A DNA stretch of 62,661 bases, counting the filler. It is 3 parts of 3 records of this genome, joined end to end, with 100 filler letters (N's around TTAATTAATTAA, not from the genome) between each part and the next. Parts side by side here need not be neighbours in the genome. Positions count along the whole stretch, not along the records: positions 1 to 26,730 come from SRR20825019_698; 2 more parts are not named here. One strand, 5' to 3'. The position numbers and the translations under genes were made by a program. Shown one piece after another: positions 1 to 9,010 of the stretch (position 1 is the first letter of the stretch; every line of letters starts with the position of its first letter). Below the pieces are notes generated by a model that was not told where the DNA came from, did no database searches, and saw only the letters and a list, made by a program, of their open reading frames with translations.

Positions 1-1534
1 CGTAGATATGAAAGCCCAGATGCATAAACTGCCGGTCCAGATGCAGGTAAGGGGCAATATTATCGACCGCCAGTGCCGGTGCCAGTTTCACCACACCGAC
101 CATCATCAACGGGGCCACTTCACCAGCTGCACGGGCGACCGCCAGAATCAGACCGGTCATCATCGCTGGTGCCGCCATCGGCAAAACTGTACGCCACAAA
201 GTCTCCGCTTTAGTCGCCCCCAGTGCCAGACTACCCTCACGGATTGCACGCGGTATCCTCGAGAGTCCTTCTTCTGTCGCCACGATCACCACCGGCACGG
301 TCAGGATTGCCAGTGTTAAGGAGGCCCACAACAGGCCCGGGGAGCCGAAGGTCGGCGAGGGTAGTTTCGCCTGGAAAAAGATTTCGTCGATGCTGCCGCC
401 AATGAAGTAGACAAAAAAGCCCAGGCCGAACACGCCATATACAATCGATGGCACCCCGGCCAGATTATTCACCGCAATTCGGATCAGACGCACAACCGGT
501 CCCTGCTTGGCGTACTCTTTCAGATAGACGGCGGCAATGACGCCGAACGGGGTGACCAGCACCGACATAATCATCACCATCATCACAGTACCGAAAATCG
601 CCGGAAAAATACCGCCTTCGGTATTCGCTTCACGGGGCTCGCCGGAGACAAACTCCCAGACATGGTGGAAATACTGGCCGAGTTTCTCGCTGATGCCCAT
701 GCCGTTGGGTTTGTATACCTGCACCACCTTGGCCAGCGGGATCTCGACTTCACGGCCATCTGACATCCGCACCATGATCTGATCACGGTTCAGCGCCTGG
801 TAAAGACCACTGAGTTCTTCTCGCAGCTTGGCATAGCGATCATTGAGCTGTTGTTTCTGCTCTTCCAGTTCCTGATAAGGCAGTGTGCCCTCAGGCACGT
901 CGTCCATTTGCAGGCGGCGTTTTTCCAGCCGGATCTCTTCCAGACCGTGATTGATCTTGCCGATTTCATCCTTTTCCAGGGTTTTGACCTGACGCATCAG
1001 TTCATTACTTCGCGCCAGACGCTGTTCAAATTCCTGATAGGCGCCTTCACCGCTGGCCACAACCTGGCCTTCCTGTTTCACGCTCACGAGGTAGCCGTAG
1101 AAATTACCCCACTCGCGACGCTCAATCGCCATAATGCCTTCGGGATAACGGATATCAGTAATCCACGGATCATTAATCCAGCGGAAATCCAGACCGAAAT
1201 AATCACGGTTTCCGACTTTAAGCAAGGTGCGCTGGGCAAACTCCTGCCCTTCAGGTAATTGCACACCGGACAGGGCCAGACGTGCTGCCGGGACCGATTC
1301 ATGGTCCACCTTTTCACCAATCAGGACTTCCGCCGGCTGGCCCGGCTCCTGATAGCTCAGTTCCATAATATCGGCAGGCCAGAAGTGGCTCAGACCACGC
1401 ACCGCAATAAGCAGCAACAGCCCTACCACCATGACCAGGCTGATACTGACGGCACCGGCATTGAGCCAGACCCAGGGCTTACCACTGTTGAACCAGGTTT
1501 TGATTGAAGAATGCTGAGACATTGTTTTATCCAT
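1..1534 (-). CDS. pstA: Phosphate ABC transporter permease PstA (long Pseudomonas-type), 3' end cut off by the window edge
   Basis: Not in the ORF track because it has no stop inside the window. Hand translation of both ends gives MDKTMSQHSSIKTWFNSGKPWVWLNAGAVS... and ...ARAAGEVAPLMMVGVVKLAP...HLGFHIY in the same frame. ATG overlaps the pstC stop (TAATG); alternative ATG at 1522. Confidence 0.93.
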   Translation of the reverse strand, partial: MDKTMSQHSSIKTWFNSGKPWVWLNAGAVSISLVMVVGLLLLIAVRGLSHFWPADIMELSYQEPGQPAEVLIGEKVDHESVPAARLALSGVQLPEGQEFAQRTLLKVGNRDYFGLDFRWINDPWITDIRYPEGIMAIERREWGNFYGYLVSVKQEGQVVASGEGAYQEFEQRLARSNELMRQVKTLEKDEIGKINHGLEEIRLEKRRLQMDDVPEGTLPYQELEEQKQQLNDRYAKLREELSGLYQALNRDQIMVRMSDGREVEIPLAKVVQVYKPNGMGISEKLGQYFHHVWEFVSGEPREANTEGGIFPAIFGTVMMVMIMSVLVTPFGVIAAVYLKEYAKQGPVVRLIRIAVNNLAGVPSIVYGVFGLGFFVYFIGGSIDEIFFQAKLPSPTFGSPGLLWASLTLAILTVPVVIVATEEGLSRIPRAIREGSLALGATKAETLWRTVLPMAAPAMMTGLILAVARAAGEVAPLMMVGVVKLAPALAVDNIAPYLHLDRQFMHLGFHIY

Positions 1535-3810
1535 TACAGGGTGCTGTATTTCTTACGTAAACGTTGGCGAACCACTTCCGCCGCTGTGTTCAGTACAAAT
1601 GTGGCCATGAACAATACCAGTGCAGCCAGGAACAGTACTCGGTAATGCGAGCTGTGAACTTCCGCTTCCGGCATTTCCACCGCGATATTGGCTGACAATG
1701 CACGGAAACCTTCAAAAATATTGAAGTCCATAATCGGTGTGTTACCGGTCGCCATCAGCACGATCATCGTTTCACCGACGGCACGTCCCAGACCAATCAT
1801 GACTGCTGAGAAAATCCCCGGACTGGCAGTCAGCAGCACCACACGAATCATGGTCTGCCAGGGGGTAGCACCGAGAGCCAGTGAGCCAATAGTGAGATGT
1901 TTTGGTACGCCGAAGATGGCATCTTCGGTAATCGAGAAAATGGTCGGTATGACCGCAAAACCCATCACCAGGCCCACCACCAGTGAGTTACGCTGGTCGA
2001 AATCTATGCCGATGCTATTCAGAAACTGGGGCATATTACCGTCAAACAACCAGAGTTCGAGGGTAGAGCTGAACGACATTGACAGATAACCGACAAGCAG
2101 CACGACAGGAATCAGGATCGCCGCTTCCCAACCGTCCGGAATGGCCTCACGCCAGCGCTTGGGCAGCCTGGTCCAGGCCCAGGCGGTGAGAATAATCATC
2201 AGCGGCAGCATGAACAATATAGTGAACACACCGGGCAGATTGTCTTCGACTATGGGCGCCAGCCACAAACCGGCCAGGAAACCCAGAATAACGGTAGGCA
2301 GAGCTTCCATGATTTCGATGGTCGGCTTCACCAGCGAACGCATCTTCGGTGACATGAAATAAGCAGTAAAAATCGCGCCCATGATCGCCAGTGGCACTGC
2401 CACCAGCATCGCGTAAAAGGCGGCCTTGATAGTACCGAAAGTGAGCGGTGTCAGACTGAATTTGGGCTCAAAATCACTACTGGCAGAAGACGACTGCCAG
2501 ATATGTTCCGGTTCACTGCGACTCTCGTACCAGACCTTCTCCCACAGCGAGTGCCAGGAAATATCCGGGTGTTCGTTGTCAATGTGAATCAGTTTGGCCT
2601 GGCCGTCTGCATTCAGACTGATAAGACCATTGGCACGCGGAGACAGGGCCATCACGGCATCAGCCGATTCAAGTTGTGGTTCCACCAGCAGTGTTCGTTC
2701 TGCCGTAGTGTGATAAACACCGATCTTGCCGGTGCTGTCCAATGCCAGGAAGCCTTTACGCGCCTGCTCTACCACGATCGAGACAATAGCTGCATCCTGA
2801 TCGTTGAAGCTTCGAACATTGTGCAGATAGTAATTATTGTCCTTATCACGGACCGGGAACCACTGATCAACCTGGCCATCGCTGCGCCCTACCAGCACCG
2901 AAATACCGCCGGTCAGAAACTCCAGTGAAGTCACACTGACACCGGTCGGCACCGCTTTCACTTTTTGTACCAGTCGCGGGCTCTCTATGTTCTGCACATC
3001 ATAGAAATAAATAAAGCCTTTATCATCAACGAAATAGAGTTCGCGCTGATCGATATCAAGTTGCAGATGGGTGATCCTGCTGGCTCCTGTCAGGCTAATC
3101 GAGGCTGACTCCTCTTCCAGCGTGAATTCTGACGGGTCCAGGAAGCTCGCTTCGCGGATAACAGATTTCAGCACCACACGCTGATCAGACGTGACTGCTG
3201 CAAAAGTGGTCTTGTCGTCATAGCTTTGCACGCTGAGCAGTTCCAGTGGCTGGCGTTCAGGATCAACCACAACCGCTTCTTCACCCAGCGGGTATTCAAT
3301 ACGCGGGATAATTTTGCGCTGAGTGCCAGTGGGGTAAGTGATTTTGTAAGCCTGATTAAACACCATCGCAGTACCATCTGCCATGCCGTAAGCGAATACG
3401 CCGGTGACAGCGGCACCGGCCGCACTGGTGGTGATGGCTTCCGGATTGACCGGCAGATCCACCTTGAGCATGGTGTTACCGTTCTCAGCTTCAAAGAAAC
3501 GGGCTGTGCCATTGTCATTCACCGACAGGGCGACGTCATTGTATTCATTCAGGGTCAGAAAATGACTGTTGGTCTGCTCAGTCTGGTAAAGGGTACGGGT
3601 TTCCAGGCTGGCACCCTGAAACAAAGGCAGCACGACGTACAGCAGATAAAAGAAAATCAGCACAATAGCGAGAATGACTGAAATACCACCAAAGCCGACG
3701 CCGTATTTGGCAACTTTATCCTTGACTTCGCGCCAGGCACGACGGCGTCTGGCAACGGGGGAGTCCGGTGCCGGCAGCACGGTTTTTTCATCAACTGTTT
3801 GTTCTTGCAT
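1534..3810 (-). CDS. pstC: Phosphate ABC transporter permease PstC with a large N-terminal periplasmic domain
   Basis: 758 aa. C-terminal ABC permease motifs (IEIMEALPTVILG; ALGATPWQT; GLGRAVGETMIVLMATGN). Lies between pstS and pstA. Confidence 0.93.
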   Translation of the reverse strand: MQEQTVDEKTVLPAPDSPVARRRRAWREVKDKVAKYGVGFGGISVILAIVLIFFYLLYVVLPLFQGASLETRTLYQTEQTNSHFLTLNEYNDVALSVNDNGTARFFEAENGNTMLKVDLPVNPEAITTSAAGAAVTGVFAYGMADGTAMVFNQAYKITYPTGTQRKIIPRIEYPLGEEAVVVDPERQPLELLSVQSYDDKTTFAAVTSDQRVVLKSVIREASFLDPSEFTLEEESASISLTGASRITHLQLDIDQRELYFVDDKGFIYFYDVQNIESPRLVQKVKAVPTGVSVTSLEFLTGGISVLVGRSDGQVDQWFPVRDKDNNYYLHNVRSFNDQDAAIVSIVVEQARKGFLALDSTGKIGVYHTTAERTLLVEPQLESADAVMALSPRANGLISLNADGQAKLIHIDNEHPDISWHSLWEKVWYESRSEPEHIWQSSSASSDFEPKFSLTPLTFGTIKAAFYAMLVAVPLAIMGAIFTAYFMSPKMRSLVKPTIEIMEALPTVILGFLAGLWLAPIVEDNLPGVFTILFMLPLMIILTAWAWTRLPKRWREAIPDGWEAAILIPVVLLVGYLSMSFSSTLELWLFDGNMPQFLNSIGIDFDQRNSLVVGLVMGFAVIPTIFSITEDAIFGVPKHLTIGSLALGATPWQTMIRVVLLTASPGIFSAVMIGLGRAVGETMIVLMATGNTPIMDFNIFEGFRALSANIAVEMPEAEVHSSHYRVLFLAALVLFMATFVLNTAAEVVRQRLRKKYSTL

Positions 3811-3887
3811 CGAGCATTACCCGTATTGTGTGATTCGAAACAATCCTCAACCGGCTGCAGCAACCGGTTCAGGGTTGTTTTAACAGC

Positions 3888-3924
3888 AAAAACGCCCCGT
3901 ACTCATAGCGGCACGGGGCGTTTT
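3888..3924 (-). terminator. Stem-loop after pstS (terminator or mRNA-stabilising hairpin)
   Basis: AAAACGCCCCGT...ACGGGGCGTTTT inverted repeat with a U-tract on the minus strand. Confidence 0.75.
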
Positions 3925-3945
3925 GTCTGTCATTTCAACAAAAGC

Positions 3946-4902
3946 TTATTGAATTTTTTCCATGGCCTTTTCAGCAACGCTGGCTGGCAGAGGCACATAG
4001 CCATCTTTTACAACCACTTGCTGGCCGACTTTAGACAGGATCATTTTGATGAATTCACGGTCAATCGGAGACATCGGCTTGTTAGGGGCGTTGTTGACAT
4101 AAACCCACAGGAAACGGGCCATCGGGAACTCACCACTGGCCGCATTTTCCGGTGTGGCTTCAATGAAAGGCTTACCTTCTTCTTTCGCCAGCGGAACCGC
4201 TTTTACACCAGAGGTTTTGTAGCCGATACCTGAGTAACCGATACCGTTGAGAGACTTGGTCACGCCCTGAACCACAGAAGCGGAACCAGGCTGTTCGTTA
4301 ACACTGTTTTTAAAGTCACCCTTACACAGCGCATTATCTTTAAAGTAACCGTAAGTACCGGACACTGAGTTACGACCATAGAGTTGAATATCACCCAGGT
4401 TGTCTACACCCAGCTGACCCCAGTTGGTGACATCTTCTGAATAACCGCATTTACGGGTCGCAGAGAAAATCGCATCAACCTGTGGAATCGTCAGACCTTC
4501 GATAGGGTTATCTTTGTGAACATAGACAGCCAAAGCATCGATGGCGACAGGAATTGCTGTCGGTTTATAACCGTATTTTTCTTCAAAGGCTGCCAGCTCT
4601 TTGTCTTTCATCTGGCGGCTCATCGGACCGAAATTAGAAGTCCCTTCAGTCAGGGCAGGCGGTGCAGTTGAAGAACCGGCAGCCTGAATCTGAATGCTGA
4701 CGTTTGGATATTCGCGTTTGAACTCTTCTGCCCACAATGTCATCAGGTTGGCCAGCGTGTCAGAACCAACGCTCGACAAACTACCTGAAATACCGCTGAC
4801 TTTTTCGTAGTCAGGCAGGTTGGCGTCCACATCAGCAAAAGTAACCGATGAGAAAGCCATCGTGACAGCAGCACCCAGCAGGGCGATGTTTTTCTTGAAC
4901 AT
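3946..4902 (-). CDS. pstS: Phosphate ABC transporter substrate-binding protein PstS
   Basis: Signal peptide; motifs [27 protein letters not shown]. Confidence 0.95.
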   Translation of the reverse strand: MFKKNIALLGAAVTMAFSSVTFADVDANLPDYEKVSGISGSLSSVGSDTLANLMTLWAEEFKREYPNVSIQIQAAGSSTAPPALTEGTSNFGPMSRQMKDKELAAFEEKYGYKPTAIPVAIDALAVYVHKDNPIEGLTIPQVDAIFSATRKCGYSEDVTNWGQLGVDNLGDIQLYGRNSVSGTYGYFKDNALCKGDFKNSVNEQPGSASVVQGVTKSLNGIGYSGIGYKTSGVKAVPLAKEEGKPFIEATPENAASGEFPMARFLWVYVNNAPNKPMSPIDREFIKMILSKVGQQVVVKDGYVPLPASVAEKAMEKIQ

Positions 4903-4961
4903 ATTGTTCAGCTCCCAAGTTAAAAGAAAAATGCAACGCGTTTCACGTTTAGCGCTGGGAA

Positions 4962-5017
4962 AGTATGAATTGAGACTGTGACAAGGATATGAAAGAAATG
5001 TGACAGTTGTATGACAG
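4962..5017 (-). promoter_or_regulatory. PhoB-activated pstS promoter: four Pho-box half-sites plus -10
   Basis: Minus strand reads CTGTCAT-acaa-CTGTCAC-attt-CTTTCAT-atcc-TTGTCAC (11-bp period, 5017 to 4978), then 10 nt, then CATACT. Confidence 0.9.
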
Positions 5018-5044
5018 ACCTGTCAGTGCCACTCTAAACTGCTG

Positions 5045-6334
5045 TTATACCGTGATTTTCTCGACCACAATGGTGGTTGGAAAACAGCATTTGAAAGTGG
5101 TGCCACGACCCAGTTCACTACTGATTTCCAGTCGGGCGCCGTGACGCTGCAAAACGTGTTTGACGATGGCCAGTCCGAGGCCGGTACCGCCTTTATCGTT
5201 GCTGCGGCCCTTGTCGACCCGATAGAAGCGCTCGGTCAGCCGCTCCAGATGATGCTCGGCGATGCCCTCACCTTTATCCGCTACCACCAGACAGGCACCG
5301 TCTTTATCCAGACGCCAGCTGACGGTGATTTCGCAGCCTGCCGGGGTGTACTTGACTGCATTGAATACCAGGTTGGAGATGGCGCTGCGGATCTCGTCGA
5401 CATCGCAGACCAGCCAGCGATCGGTCTCCAGCGTGAGACTGATCTGATGGTCGCGATAATGTTCCAGCGAATGGGCATCTTCAATGATCGATTGCAGTAA
5501 TTTACCCACATCGGTTGGAATTCTGCGCAGGGCTTTCTCCCCGGTCTCCAGTTGGGACAATACCAGCAAATCCTTAATCATCAGGTGCATGCGTTCACTT
5601 TGCTGGCGCATCGCCGGCAAGGCAGCGCGCCACTGATCAGGATCGGTCTCATCGGTAAATGCTTCCAGATAACCGCGCAGTACGGTCAACGGCGTTTTCA
5701 GTTCATGCGAGACATTGGCCACAAAGTCGCGGCGCATACGTTGCAGTTTGATGGTCTGGGTGATATCGCGGGCGATGAGCAGTCTGCCTGCCCCCATGTA
5801 ACTGACGACTTTGAGTTCCAGTTGCATGGTTTCATCATGCGGGGATTTGACGGTAACGACATTGCCCAGCTTGAGCGGGTCTTCCAGCAGCGACTGGAAA
5901 GCCGGGTCGCGAATCAGGTTGTTGATTCTGACATTGTTATCACGCGGCCAGCGCACGCCGAGCAGCTCACGGGCTGAATGGTTGGCCCATTCGACTTCGC
6001 CATATTCGCCCAATACCACGATGCCATCGGGTAAGGCTGCAGTGGCCTGTTGAAAGCGTTTGAGGTAGCCGGTGAGTTTTTTCTTGCGGTTATTATTCTG
6101 CTGGCGCATCTGCTCGACAGCACGGCAGACATCGTCGATGACGCCCTCCGCACTGGGTGAGCGGTTTTTCTTGGGTTTTTCCAGCCATTTTCTGAGCTTG
6201 AACCAGTTATGCTGAAGCCAGAGGGCATAAACCAGCACTGCCAGAAACATGAAGCTCATCATCTGGCCAAACAACAGACCGCAAAAGCCGGCCAGGCTGA
6301 TGAGCGTCAGCAGCCGCCAATTATCCCACTGCAT
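5045..6334 (-). CDS. phoR: Phosphate regulon sensor kinase PhoR
   Basis: N-terminal TM, PAS region, H-box FVANVSHELKTPL, G-box GTGLGLAIVKH. Confidence 0.95.
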   Translation of the reverse strand: MQWDNWRLLTLISLAGFCGLLFGQMMSFMFLAVLVYALWLQHNWFKLRKWLEKPKKNRSPSAEGVIDDVCRAVEQMRQQNNNRKKKLTGYLKRFQQATAALPDGIVVLGEYGEVEWANHSARELLGVRWPRDNNVRINNLIRDPAFQSLLEDPLKLGNVVTVKSPHDETMQLELKVVSYMGAGRLLIARDITQTIKLQRMRRDFVANVSHELKTPLTVLRGYLEAFTDETDPDQWRAALPAMRQQSERMHLMIKDLLVLSQLETGEKALRRIPTDVGKLLQSIIEDAHSLEHYRDHQISLTLETDRWLVCDVDEIRSAISNLVFNAVKYTPAGCEITVSWRLDKDGACLVVADKGEGIAEHHLERLTERFYRVDKGRSNDKGGTGLGLAIVKHVLQRHGARLEISSELGRGTTFKCCFPTTIVVEKITV

Positions 6335-6345
6335 GATAGAAACCG

Positions 6346-7038
6346 TTAATCAACTGAAAAACGATAACCCACACCCCGTACTGTTTGCACCAGATGATCA
6401 TGGCCGCTGGTTTCCAGCGCTTTGCGCAGGCGGCGGATATGTACATCGACGGTACGTTCCTCTATGTATACCGTGTCGCCCCAGACATAGTCCAGTAATT
6501 GTGAGCGGCCGTAGGCACGTTCCGGGTTTTTCATAAAGAAATGCAGTAAACGGAATTCGGTGGGCCCCAGTTCCACCCGTTTTTCATCGACGGTAACACG
6601 GTGGCTCTTGGTATCCAGCACCAGATTGCCGAATTGCAGTTTCTGGGCTTCATCCGGGTCGGAGGACTGACAGCGGCGCAGAACCGCCTTGATGCGAGCC
6701 ATCAGTTCCGGAGGGGAAAAAGGTTTATTGATGTAGTCGTCAGCACCGACGCCCAGACCTTTCACCATATCTTCGCTTTCGCCCTTGGCGGTAAGCATGA
6801 TCACGGGAATATTGGCCAGAAACTCATTGGCGCGCAGCCGGCGAATAAACTCAATACCGTCAATACCGGGCAACATCCAGTCCAGCAGGATCATTTCCGG
6901 CTGATGATGCTTGAGCGCCTCAAGGCCGGCTTCGCCATCTCCCACAGCCTCACAGCTGAAACCTGATTGCTTGAGCGTAAAAGACAACATATCTCGAATT
7001 GCAACGTCGTCCTCGACGACCAACACACTTGTTGCCAT
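6346..7038 (-). CDS. phoB: Phosphate regulon response regulator PhoB
   Basis: VLVVEDD, LDWMLP, ADDYINKPFSP, ERTVDVHIRRLR. Start moved to ATG 7038 because the ORF-track start (7080) lies upstream of the predicted -10. Confidence 0.95.
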   Translation of the reverse strand: MATSVLVVEDDVAIRDMLSFTLKQSGFSCEAVGDGEAGLEALKHHQPEMILLDWMLPGIDGIEFIRRLRANEFLANIPVIMLTAKGESEDMVKGLGVGADDYINKPFSPPELMARIKAVLRRCQSSDPDEAQKLQFGNLVLDTKSHRVTVDEKRVELGPTEFRLLHFFMKNPERAYGRSQLLDYVWGDTVYIEERTVDVHIRRLRKALETSGHDHLVQTVRGVGYRFSVD

Positions 7039-7071
7039 AAGTCTTTTCCCAGTCCTTAAAATGACAGCTGC

Positions 7072-7105
7072 ATCATACAAAGCAATTGTTACAGTTTGAT
7101 AACAT
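7072..7105 (-). promoter_or_regulatory. Pho box plus -10 of the phoBR promoter (autoregulation)
   Basis: Minus strand ATGTTAT-caaa-CTGTAAC, 10 nt, TATGAT. Confidence 0.75.
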
Positions 7106-7179
7106 CCCGCTAAGCGATTGATTTCCTTATTTCAATCCGGGTGTAAGTCACTACTTCACCGTCAACAGCGGTTGTGCCT

Positions 7180-7208
7180 GTGACAGTATCATGATCGATT
7201 TATGACAG
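7180..7208 (-). promoter_or_regulatory. Second, upstream Pho-box array (three half-sites)
   Basis: Minus strand CTGTCAT-aaat-CGATCAT-gata-CTGTCAC, 11-bp period. Confidence 0.7.
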
Positions 7209-7223
7209 TCGGACAGGCCGCAA

Positions 7224-8873
7224 TCAGCCCATTACTCCCCTGATGGTGTAAAACAGACAGGCTGACAATACAGCAGCGGATGGGACGGTAATTAACCAGG
7301 CGGTGATGATTTTCTTCATCATGTCACGCTTGACATAAAGGTTCTTTTTCTCTTTTTTCAGTGTTTTCTTGGCTTTCTTCAGCGTGCCTTTTTCTTCGTC
7401 AATAGCACGGTACAGATCCGTGATACGCTCGTAGTCACTGACGGTTTTGTCTTTCTTCTCCATCAGCACGTTCAGTTCACTGCGCAGGGCACTGAGCAGA
7501 CGCTTCTCTTCCTTAATTTCGCGTTCATCCTGTTCAATCTCATCTTCCAGGCTTTCAGCTCGCTCCAGCCACTCACGCAAGAAACCGACACCAAACACGG
7601 CGCCAATGGCCACATGTGTGGTGCTGACGGGCAGTCCCAATTGACTGGCGATAATCACGGTAATCGCAGCGGCCATCGCAATCGAGAAGGCACGCATCTG
7701 GTCCAGTTCAGTGATTTCACCGCCGACAGTGCGGATAAGCCGCGGACCATACAGTGCCAGCCCCAGTGCTATACCCAAAGCACCCACAGCCATCACCCAG
7801 AACGGGATACCCGCCTCTGCCGTAATGCCACCGGTAATGATGGCATCGTGGATCGCCGCCAACGGACCAATAGCATTGGCAACATCATTGGCGCCATGGG
7901 CAAAACTGAGCAGCGCGGCAGCAAAAATCAGTGGAATCGTGAACAGGACATTGACACTGTCGCGATCATTGGTCAGTCGCGGCAGGCGGCGTTTGACCGT
8001 ACGTTTAACCAGAAAGTAGACCAGAATGCCGACCGCCAGACCAATTAAAAGCGCATCGAGCATACTCGGCTTGCTGGTGACCTCCAGGCTGAAAAACAGG
8101 GTTTCATTGAGGAAATTGATAAAGCCGCCCCATATTTTTTTCAGTCCCTTGATGACAAGGTAGGTCACAAAAGCCCAGGCCATAATGGCGACATAAACCG
8201 GTACCCATTTGGATGAGGCGGTAATTTTATCGTCCTGAAAGATAATGGTTTTTTTGATGGCAAACAGAAAGATGATCGCAATAACACCACCGATAACCGG
8301 TGAAATCACCCAGGAACTGGCAATAGCGCCCATCGTGCCCCAATCAACAATGCTAAAACCAGCAGCGGCAATGCCTGCGCCCATTACCCCGCCAACGATG
8401 GAGTGTGTGGTAGACACCGGCGCCCGCGCAAAGGTGGCGAGATTCAACCACAAGGCAGCAGCCAGCAAGGCTGCCATCATCGCCCAGACGAAGTCCTGTG
8501 TGTTACCGTCAAAGCCATTGATATCGATAATGCCTTTCTTGACGGTCGAGACTACATCGCCACCGGCGATAATGGCACCGGCAGCCTCGAAAATCATCGC
8601 AATCAATATCGCGCCGCCCATGGTCAGGGCTTTTGAGCCTACTGCCGGACCGACATTATTAGCGACATCGTTGGCACCGATATTCATCGCCATATAGGCA
8701 CCGAATACCGTCGCGATGGCAAGGATCAAACTACTGGTGCCGTCACCACTGATGTTGTAGCTGTAGACCAGCGCCAACACCATGAAAACCAGTGCCAGGC
8801 CGATACGGGTGAGTTCACCATGGCTCTTTTTATAAGCCTGTTTCTCTAGCTGATGGATATCTTTTATTTCCAC
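7224..8873 (-). CDS. pit: PiT-family inorganic phosphate transporter with a charged coiled-coil insert
   Basis: Two GANDVAN signatures (NIGANDVAN, AHGANDVAN); PVSTTH motifs. Confidence 0.93.
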   Translation of the reverse strand: MEIKDIHQLEKQAYKKSHGELTRIGLALVFMVLALVYSYNISGDGTSSLILAIATVFGAYMAMNIGANDVANNVGPAVGSKALTMGGAILIAMIFEAAGAIIAGGDVVSTVKKGIIDINGFDGNTQDFVWAMMAALLAAALWLNLATFARAPVSTTHSIVGGVMGAGIAAAGFSIVDWGTMGAIASSWVISPVIGGVIAIIFLFAIKKTIIFQDDKITASSKWVPVYVAIMAWAFVTYLVIKGLKKIWGGFINFLNETLFFSLEVTSKPSMLDALLIGLAVGILVYFLVKRTVKRRLPRLTNDRDSVNVLFTIPLIFAAALLSFAHGANDVANAIGPLAAIHDAIITGGITAEAGIPFWVMAVGALGIALGLALYGPRLIRTVGGEITELDQMRAFSIAMAAAITVIIASQLGLPVSTTHVAIGAVFGVGFLREWLERAESLEDEIEQDEREIKEEKRLLSALRSELNVLMEKKDKTVSDYERITDLYRAIDEEKGTLKKAKKTLKKEKKNLYVKRDMMKKIITAWLITVPSAAVLSACLFYTIRGVMG

Positions 8874-8910
8874 GTTAATACCGCCAGTTGCTTACCAAAA
8901 TGTGGCAATT

Positions 8911-8928
8911 ATTACAGCATTGTGACAA
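8911..8928 (-). promoter_or_regulatory. Putative Pho box upstream of pit
   Basis: Minus strand TTGTCAC-aatg-CTGTAAT. Confidence 0.6.
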
Positions 8929-9010
8929 CAGGCATACCCTGTAGCAGACGGATGTAACTTAGCACTGCTAAGATTGTCTAGCTAATTACTGTGATGGCAA
9001 GCCTTAGAGA

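Noticed and set aside
1534..3810. Oversized PstC as a novel fusion
   Set aside because: Long PstC/PstA with extra periplasmic domains are already known from Pseudomonas-type pst operons.
4978..5017. Short periodic repeats as a possible mini-CRISPR or iterons
   Set aside because: 7-bp units with an 11-bp period match Pho boxes; there are no spacers and no cas or rep genes.
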